Shown: in pieces, positions 58,514 through 64,000 of the stretch | Position numbering within the stretch: the first letter of the stretch is position 1 | How the letters are laid out: the number at the start of each line of letters is the position of its first letter | NCBI GenBank assembly: GCA_035353855.1 | Contig: DAOQAK010000011.1 | Coordinates: 10,406-74,405, forward strand | Origin: Bacteroidales bacterium | GTDB lineage: Bacteria; Bacteroidota; Bacteroidia; Bacteroidales; CG2-30-32-10 | Direction: 5' to 3' | Length of the DNA: 64,000 nt | Program-made: the position numbers and the translations under genes | The notes under the pieces: model-generated | Told to the model about the DNA's origin: nothing | What the model saw: only the letters and a program-made list of their open reading frames with translations | Database searches by the model: none

Positions 58514-61300
58514 ATGCCTGAACAAAAAAAACTTTTCCTTCTTGATGCAATGGCCTTGATTTACAGGGCTTATTTCGCTATGAATAAAAATCCACGTGTA
58601 AATAGCAAGGGCTTGAACACCTCGGCAATACTGGGTTTTGCAAATACATTATACGAAGTGCTTAAAAATGAAAATCCTTCTCATATTGCAGTATGTTTCG
58701 ATTCAATGGCTCCAACATTACGTCACGACGATTTTGTTCAGTACAAAGCTCACCGTGAAGCGATGCCTGAAGATATCGAAACTTCGTTACCGTACATTAC
58801 TGCAATGATCGATGCTTTTAATATTCCTGTCATTGCAATGGAAGGTTATGAAGCGGATGATATCATAGGTACTCTAGCTAAAAAGGCTGAAACCTTTGGC
58901 TTCACAACATATATGATGACTTCCGATAAAGATTTCGGACAACTGGTAAGCGACAAAATATTTATGTACAAGCCCGGACGTTTTGGTGATAAGGCCGAAG
59001 TACTGGGTGTAAAACAGGTTTGCGAAAAGTTTGGAATAAAACGTCCTGAACAAATTATTGATATGCTGGGGTTGTGGGGCGATGCATCCGACAATATTCC
59101 GGGGATACCCGGTGTGGGCGAAGTTACCGCCAGAAAACTTCTGGAAGAATTCGATAATATTGAAAATCTTTTAGCAAATACTTCTCATATTAAAAATCCG
59201 AAACTTAAATTAAAAGTGGAGGAATTCAAGCAACAAGCTATCATCAGCAAACAACTTGCAACGATTATTCTTGATGTACCTGTTGAGTTCAACGAAGAAA
59301 TGCTGAAACGGAAATTGCCCGATGAAGATAAATTAAAATCGCTTTTTGATGAATTGGAATTTCGTGCATTTGCCAAAAGAGTATTTTCCAATCCCACATT
59401 TCAGCAACCTGAAACTATTGAAAATAAAGAGACTTCCGGGAACACACTTTTTCCTTTGGGAGAAATATCAGGAAATGAAATCATAAAAAAAGATATTCAT
59501 TCTACACCGCATACTTATCATGTAGCCGATGATCCGGGAAAAAGAAAACAATTGATCAATATTTTAAAACAACATAGATCATTTTGTTTCGATACCGAAA
59601 CTACAGGCCTTGATGTACACGACACAGAATTAGTTGGAATGTCGTTCAGTATAAAACCTCATGAAGCCTGGTACGTTCCCTTGTCAGAAAATTATAATGA
59701 AACAGTACAGATTGTTCATGAATTCAAAGAGGTGCTGGAAGATGAAAGTATTGCTAAAATAGGGCAGAACCTGAAATTTGATATTTCGGTTTTGAAATGG
59801 TATGATATAAATGTAAAAGGAAAAATATTCGATACCATGCTTGCACATTATTTACTTCAACCCGATATGCGTCATGGAATGGATGTTCTTGCCGAAAATT
59901 ATTTGAATTATAAAACTGTTCATATTGACAGTCTTATTGGTAAAAAAGGAAAATCGCAACTCTCGATGCGTATTGTTCCGCTTGAAGAAATTAAAGAGTA
60001 TGCCTGTGAAGATGCCGACATTACGCTCCAACTGAAAAATGTTTTCGAGCCGCTGTTAACAGAAACAGAAACAAAACATCTTTTTGAAGAAATTGAAATG
60101 CCTCTTGTTCCTGTACTTGCTGCCATGGAAGCCGAAGGCGTTAAAATTGACATTACGGCGCTTAACGAATATTCCATACAGTTGCAAACAGATATTGAAT
60201 TACTGACAAAAGAAATTTACGAACTTACCGAAACCGAATTTAATATTTCATCGCCAAAACAATTGGGCGAAGTACTTTTCGATAAATTAAAAATTTCCGA
60301 AAATGCCCGCCTTACTAAGACAAAACAATATTCCACCGGTGAAGATATTTTACAAAAATTAGTAAACAAACATCCGGTAGTTTCAAAAATTCTCGATTAC
60401 CGTTCGCTCACCAAATTAAAATCAACTTACGTAGATGCATTGCCATTGCTGGTTAATAAACGCACAGGAAGGATACACACATCATATAACCAGGCGGTAG
60501 CAGCTACAGGCAGGCTGAGTTCAAACAATCCGAATCTTCAGAATATTCCTATACGTACCGAAAAAGGCCGTGAAATTCGAAAAGCGTTTGTTCCGCGTAA
60601 TGATAAATACACGTTGATTTCTGCCGACTATTCACAAATAGAATTACGCATACTTGCCGAACTGAGTGGCGATAAAGGCATGAAAGAAGCTTTCGCACAA
60701 GGACAGGATATCCATGCAGCTACCGCTTCAAAAATATACAACATCCCTTTAAGTGAAGTTACAAAAGATATGCGCCGCAGTGCAAAGGCTGTAAATTTCG
60801 GAATAAGTTATGGAATGAGCGCTTTCGGACTTGCTGAAAGGCTTGGTATTCCTCGTAAAGAAGGAGCATCAATCATCGATCAATATTTTGCAAAATATCC
60901 TTCCATAAAAAAATATATGGAAGAAACCATCGCTTTTGCCCGTAAATACGGTTATGTAGAAACCATAAAAAATCGTCGACGATATATTAATGATATTAAT
61001 TCAACGAATTCGGTTGTTCGTGGTTATGCCGAGCGAAATGCCATAAACGCTCCTATCCAGGGCAGCGCTGCCGATATGATAAAAGTTGCCATGATCAATA
61101 TTTTTAATGAATTTGAAAAACAAAAACTGCAATCGAAAATGATTTTGCAGGTGCACGACGAATTGGTTTTTGATGTTCATAAAGATGAAATCGACATTGT
61201 AAAACGTATTGTTGAGTCGCTCATGAAATCAGCTATTCCAATGAAAATACCTGTTGAAGTGGAAATCAGTTCGGGCGATAATTGGCTAGAGGCGCATTAG
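58514..61300 (+). CDS. polA: DNA polymerase I
   Basis: 928 aa. 5'-nuclease domain, 3'-5' exonuclease-like domain (FDTETTGL), polymerase motifs A (DYSQIELR), B (RRSAKAVNFGISYG) and C (QVHDE). Confidence 0.98.
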   Translation: MPEQKKLFLLDAMALIYRAYFAMNKNPRVNSKGLNTSAILGFANTLYEVLKNENPSHIAVCFDSMAPTLRHDDFVQYKAHREAMPEDIETSLPYITAMIDAFNIPVIAMEGYEADDIIGTLAKKAETFGFTTYMMTSDKDFGQLVSDKIFMYKPGRFGDKAEVLGVKQVCEKFGIKRPEQIIDMLGLWGDASDNIPGIPGVGEVTARKLLEEFDNIENLLANTSHIKNPKLKLKVEEFKQQAIISKQLATIILDVPVEFNEEMLKRKLPDEDKLKSLFDELEFRAFAKRVFSNPTFQQPETIENKETSGNTLFPLGEISGNEIIKKDIHSTPHTYHVADDPGKRKQLINILKQHRSFCFDTETTGLDVHDTELVGMSFSIKPHEAWYVPLSENYNETVQIVHEFKEVLEDESIAKIGQNLKFDISVLKWYDINVKGKIFDTMLAHYLLQPDMRHGMDVLAENYLNYKTVHIDSLIGKKGKSQLSMRIVPLEEIKEYACEDADITLQLKNVFEPLLTETETKHLFEEIEMPLVPVLAAMEAEGVKIDITALNEYSIQLQTDIELLTKEIYELTETEFNISSPKQLGEVLFDKLKISENARLTKTKQYSTGEDILQKLVNKHPVVSKILDYRSLTKLKSTYVDALPLLVNKRTGRIHTSYNQAVAATGRLSSNNPNLQNIPIRTEKGREIRKAFVPRNDKYTLISADYSQIELRILAELSGDKGMKEAFAQGQDIHAATASKIYNIPLSEVTKDMRRSAKAVNFGISYGMSAFGLAERLGIPRKEGASIIDQYFAKYPSIKKYMEETIAFARKYGYVETIKNRRRYINDINSTNSVVRGYAERNAINAPIQGSAADMIKVAMINIFNEFEKQKLQSKMILQVHDELVFDVHKDEIDIVKRIVESLMKSAIPMKIPVEVEISSGDNWLEAH

Positions 61301-61574
61301 AATAAAAACCTTAAAAATTTCTACCAGCATGCTTGCCGAGACTTTTAAAGTTCACAGAAATTTTTCTTAGAATTATTTTTTCAGAACGGCTTGCTGTGCC
61401 GTTTCATTAATCGCTTCAATACAATGTTTATTTGAGTAATTCAAAATTTTAAAACTGTCTTCGTTTTCATAGAACGAATTTAAACATTGAAAATCTATTT
61501 GCAATTTTCGTTAGGTTATAAATTCGGAAGGGAAAAAGAAGATTCTCCTAAACAGGTATCATTATAAAATTTTT

Positions 61575-62594
61575 ATGAGCACATCAAAAAAAGTATTAGT
61601 AACAGGCGCATCGGGAACAGTTGGAAGTGAAGTTGTGAAACAACTATGCGAAAAAAATGATAATATTGAAATTACTGTTTTCGATAAAAAAAATAAAAAC
61701 TCCGAACGTTTTTTTTCAAAAATCAGTAAACGTGTAAAAGTTATTTATGGTGACATTTCAAATAAAGAGGATGTTTGTAATGCTTGTAAAAATCAGGATG
61801 TGGTTATTCACCTTGCTGCTATTATTCCTCCTTTAGCTGATAAACAGCCTCAGCTGGCGAATAAAGTAAATGTTATTGGAACAAAAAATCTTATTGAATG
61901 CCTTGAAGAATTTTCACCAAAAGTTTTTTTCCTTTATGCTTCATCCATTTCAGTTTATGGCGACAGAATAAAAAATCCATGGATTAAAGTTACTGACGAC
62001 CTTAAGCCAAGCGACAGGGATGAGTATGGTCTTACAAAAATTGAAGCCGAAAAACTAGTTACAAATAGTGAACTGAATTGGTCTATATTCCGTCTTACGG
62101 CTATAATGGGAGCAGGTAATCATAAAGCTTCAGGAATAATGTTCCATATGCCGCTCGAAACAAAAATGGAAATAGCAACCCCATACGATGCAGCACGAGC
62201 ATTTGTACATGCAGTGAACCATCTGGATGAACTGAATAAGAATATTTATAATTTAAGCGGGGGCGAAAAATGCAGAATTTCGTACCAGGAATTTTTATCA
62301 TCCACATTTAAATTATTTGGCTTAGGGGATTTGGATTTTCAGGAAAATTCATTTGCTAAAAGAAACTTCCATTGTGGTTATTATGAAGACGTGGATAAGC
62401 TTCATCAGATTCTTGATTTCCGCAGAGTTACCATTGATGACTATTTCCGGTATGTTAAAGAATCTGTTTCTCCGTTTCAAAAAGTTGCCGCTTCAGTATT
62501 TAAAAAAATGGTAAAGAAATCACTTCAAAAACAATCAGAGCCTTTAGCTGCAATAAAAAATAAAAACGAAACGGATCTTAAACATTATTTCTAA
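61575..62594 (+). CDS. NAD-dependent epimerase/dehydratase family (extended SDR) protein
   Basis: 339 aa. Rossmann motif VTGASGTVGS and catalytic YGLTK (YxxxK). Confidence 0.85.
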   Translation: MSTSKKVLVTGASGTVGSEVVKQLCEKNDNIEITVFDKKNKNSERFFSKISKRVKVIYGDISNKEDVCNACKNQDVVIHLAAIIPPLADKQPQLANKVNVIGTKNLIECLEEFSPKVFFLYASSISVYGDRIKNPWIKVTDDLKPSDRDEYGLTKIEAEKLVTNSELNWSIFRLTAIMGAGNHKASGIMFHMPLETKMEIATPYDAARAFVHAVNHLDELNKNIYNLSGGEKCRISYQEFLSSTFKLFGLGDLDFQENSFAKRNFHCGYYEDVDKLHQILDFRRVTIDDYFRYVKESVSPFQKVAASVFKKMVKKSLQKQSEPLAAIKNKNETDLKHYF

Positions 62595-62787
62595 AATTAT
62601 TTTATTGCAATAGAACAATTTATTTTCACCCTTTCAATGCATTATGTTTACTATATCTTATGATGTAGTGTTATACTTCGGCTATTCGAGTTTGCAAAAA
62701 AGGCAACCCCGAACGCTCAGTATATCTTATACCAATTGTAAAAAAATTATTATTTTTACTACACAACTATAAAATAATATTTATGTT

Positions 62788-63411
62788 ATGCCCAGAAAGC
62801 GCTATTCACTTATAAATGGAGGTCCTAAAGAAATAGAAATTTCGTGGGGCTTTGCATGGAAAAATTTTACAGTTCGTCATAACGGTCAAATTATTGGTAC
62901 TGTTGGCTCGCAACGGGAACTAAAGGAAGGACGCCAGTTTAACCTGCTTGATGGAACTACACTTTGGGTAAAATTAAATGTGGGTTTTGGTAAAGCCGGA
63001 CTCGAAGTGTTGCATAACGGACAACCTTGTCCCGGTTCGGATTCCGATCCTGCACAAAAAATAAAAGTTGCTTTTGGTATATTGCTTTTTGTGGCCCTGT
63101 TCAATACAGTGATTGGATTACTGCTTGAAACAATTGGCGGAAATGAATTTAAGGAAATAGGCATTGGTGTTGTTTTTTATGGATTGATTTTTATCGGACT
63201 TGCTTTCCTGGTGAAAAAACTTTCATTGATTGCTTTAATCACAGCTATTGTTTTACTTATTGCTGATGCCGTTACAGGACTAGTTTTTCAAATGATGTCA
63301 AACAACAATATGTCGTTCGCATGGATAGTTGTAAGAGTATTATTCCTAATTTATTTATTCCAGTCAGTTAAGCCTTTAAAGGAATTGAAACAGGCAGCTA
63401 ATCAACAATAA
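62788..63411 (+). CDS. Hypothetical membrane protein
   Basis: 207 aa. Soluble N-terminal roughly 85 aa, then three or four TM helices. No motif recognised. Confidence 0.6.
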   Translation: MPRKRYSLINGGPKEIEISWGFAWKNFTVRHNGQIIGTVGSQRELKEGRQFNLLDGTTLWVKLNVGFGKAGLEVLHNGQPCPGSDSDPAQKIKVAFGILLFVALFNTVIGLLLETIGGNEFKEIGIGVVFYGLIFIGLAFLVKKLSLIALITAIVLLIADAVTGLVFQMMSNNNMSFAWIVVRVLFLIYLFQSVKPLKELKQAANQQ

Positions 63412-63517
63412 TTTATTATCATTATATTTTCGTTGCGTTAAATAAATTATTTATATGCAAGTGGAAATCTATTGCTATTTATTCTCTTATAATTAAAACT
63501 CCTCTTTTTTAATAATA

Positions 63518-63654
63518 GTTCGGTAATTTATTTATGCAAGGACTAAAATCCTTTATAAATGTAGGTTTCACAGTAGCCCCGACCTTAAGGTCGGGGCTAT
63601 TAAAACTCAATAAAATTGGGCTTTAGCCCAAAAGTTAATGAAAAATTACCGAAC
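63518..63654. repeat. MITE-like 137-bp element bounded by 12-bp perfect inverted repeats, with two internal hairpins
   Basis: gttcggtaattt (63518-63529) / aaattaccgaac (63643-63654). Internal 11-bp GC-rich stem tagccccgacc-ttaa-ggtcggggcta (63574-63599) and a 6-bp stem ttgggc-ttta-gcccaa (63616-63631). Confidence 0.5.
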
Positions 63655-63864
63655 GGTTGTTTTAAGAAAGTCGAACATATTACTTTAAATATTCTTTTAA
63701 ATTATTTTATTGAAAAATTCTACTAAAAGTTCAATAAAATAGAATAGTTCATATTTTGATAAAATTTAATGTTTCATCATTTGCTATAGGAACATACATT
63801 ATTGAAATTGTTTCCGATTCGAAAGTAATGACTAAAAAATTATTAAAATTTAATTTTATTTTCA

Positions 63865-64000
63865 ATGAAAACATTTGTCAAATCGGCTGCTTTAATAATT
63901 ATCGTTATTGTTATTTCTGCATTTAGTATTTCATTCGATTCGAAAAAAATTAGCCCATCAACGCAAAATATAAATCTTACTGTAAAACTTACCGGACTTG
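63865..64000 (+). CDS. Hypothetical secreted protein, 5' fragment (continues beyond window)
   Basis: ATG 63865. MKTFVKSAALIIIVIVISAFS is signal-peptide-like. The frame is open to the window edge. Confidence 0.5.
   Translation, partial: MKTFVKSAALIIIVIVISAFSISFDSKKISPSTQNINLTVKLTGL

Overview
AT-rich chromosomal segment with Bacteroidota hallmarks: several proteins end in T9SS C-terminal sorting domains, TAnnTTTG-type -7 promoter boxes precede genes, and DUF4175, AsmA and LytTR-type conserved genes are present. It holds about 50 protein genes, mostly housekeeping or envelope-related (mnmG, ybeY, rnr, hup, nadA, rpiB, metG, aspS, polA, cysN, a 1225-aa sensor kinase, M1/M14/M15/S41 peptidases, a run of T9SS cargo proteins) and one tRNA (Arg-CCU). 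I saw no rRNA, CRISPR array, transposase or integrase. Main points of interest follow. (1) A defence island lies at about 47.7-52.5 kb. It is a DpnII-type GATC restriction-modification cassette (Dam-like MTase, DpnII-family endonuclease, DpnA-like second MTase). Three uncharacterised genes interrupt it. One is a 288-aa protein whose start overlaps the endonuclease stop (TAATG); it carries an RNxxxH (HEPN-like) motif and a duplicated RHK-x-A-x-x-AY-x-x-G motif. The other two form an opposite-strand operon: a C-protein-like HTH gene plus a 200-aa unknown, preceded by overlapping face-to-face promoter boxes and a repeated AAAAAGTC element. (2) At the tRNA-Arg(CCU) locus an 80-aa GIY-YIG gene sits between a relic tRNA 5' half and a complete tRNA copy. 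The relic is cut exactly after the anticodon loop and carries a 35-nt GC-rich palindrome in its D-loop. (3) Several reading frames are disrupted: an in-frame TAG in an M1 peptidase, and at least 3 homopolymer-associated frameshifts in an SGNH-PKD-T9SS gene. A possible decayed small ORF lies upstream of the DpnA-like MTase. (4) An identical 16-bp perfect palindrome sits just upstream of two consecutive start codons, bracketing mnmG. (5) There are small structured or repeat elements: a GC-rich hairpin island upstream of metG, a MITE-like element at 63.5 kb, and a CTCTGTG repeat patch upstream of a cysN gene with no cysD nearby. All functional calls rest on reading the translated ORFs and recalled family motifs; no database search was run.
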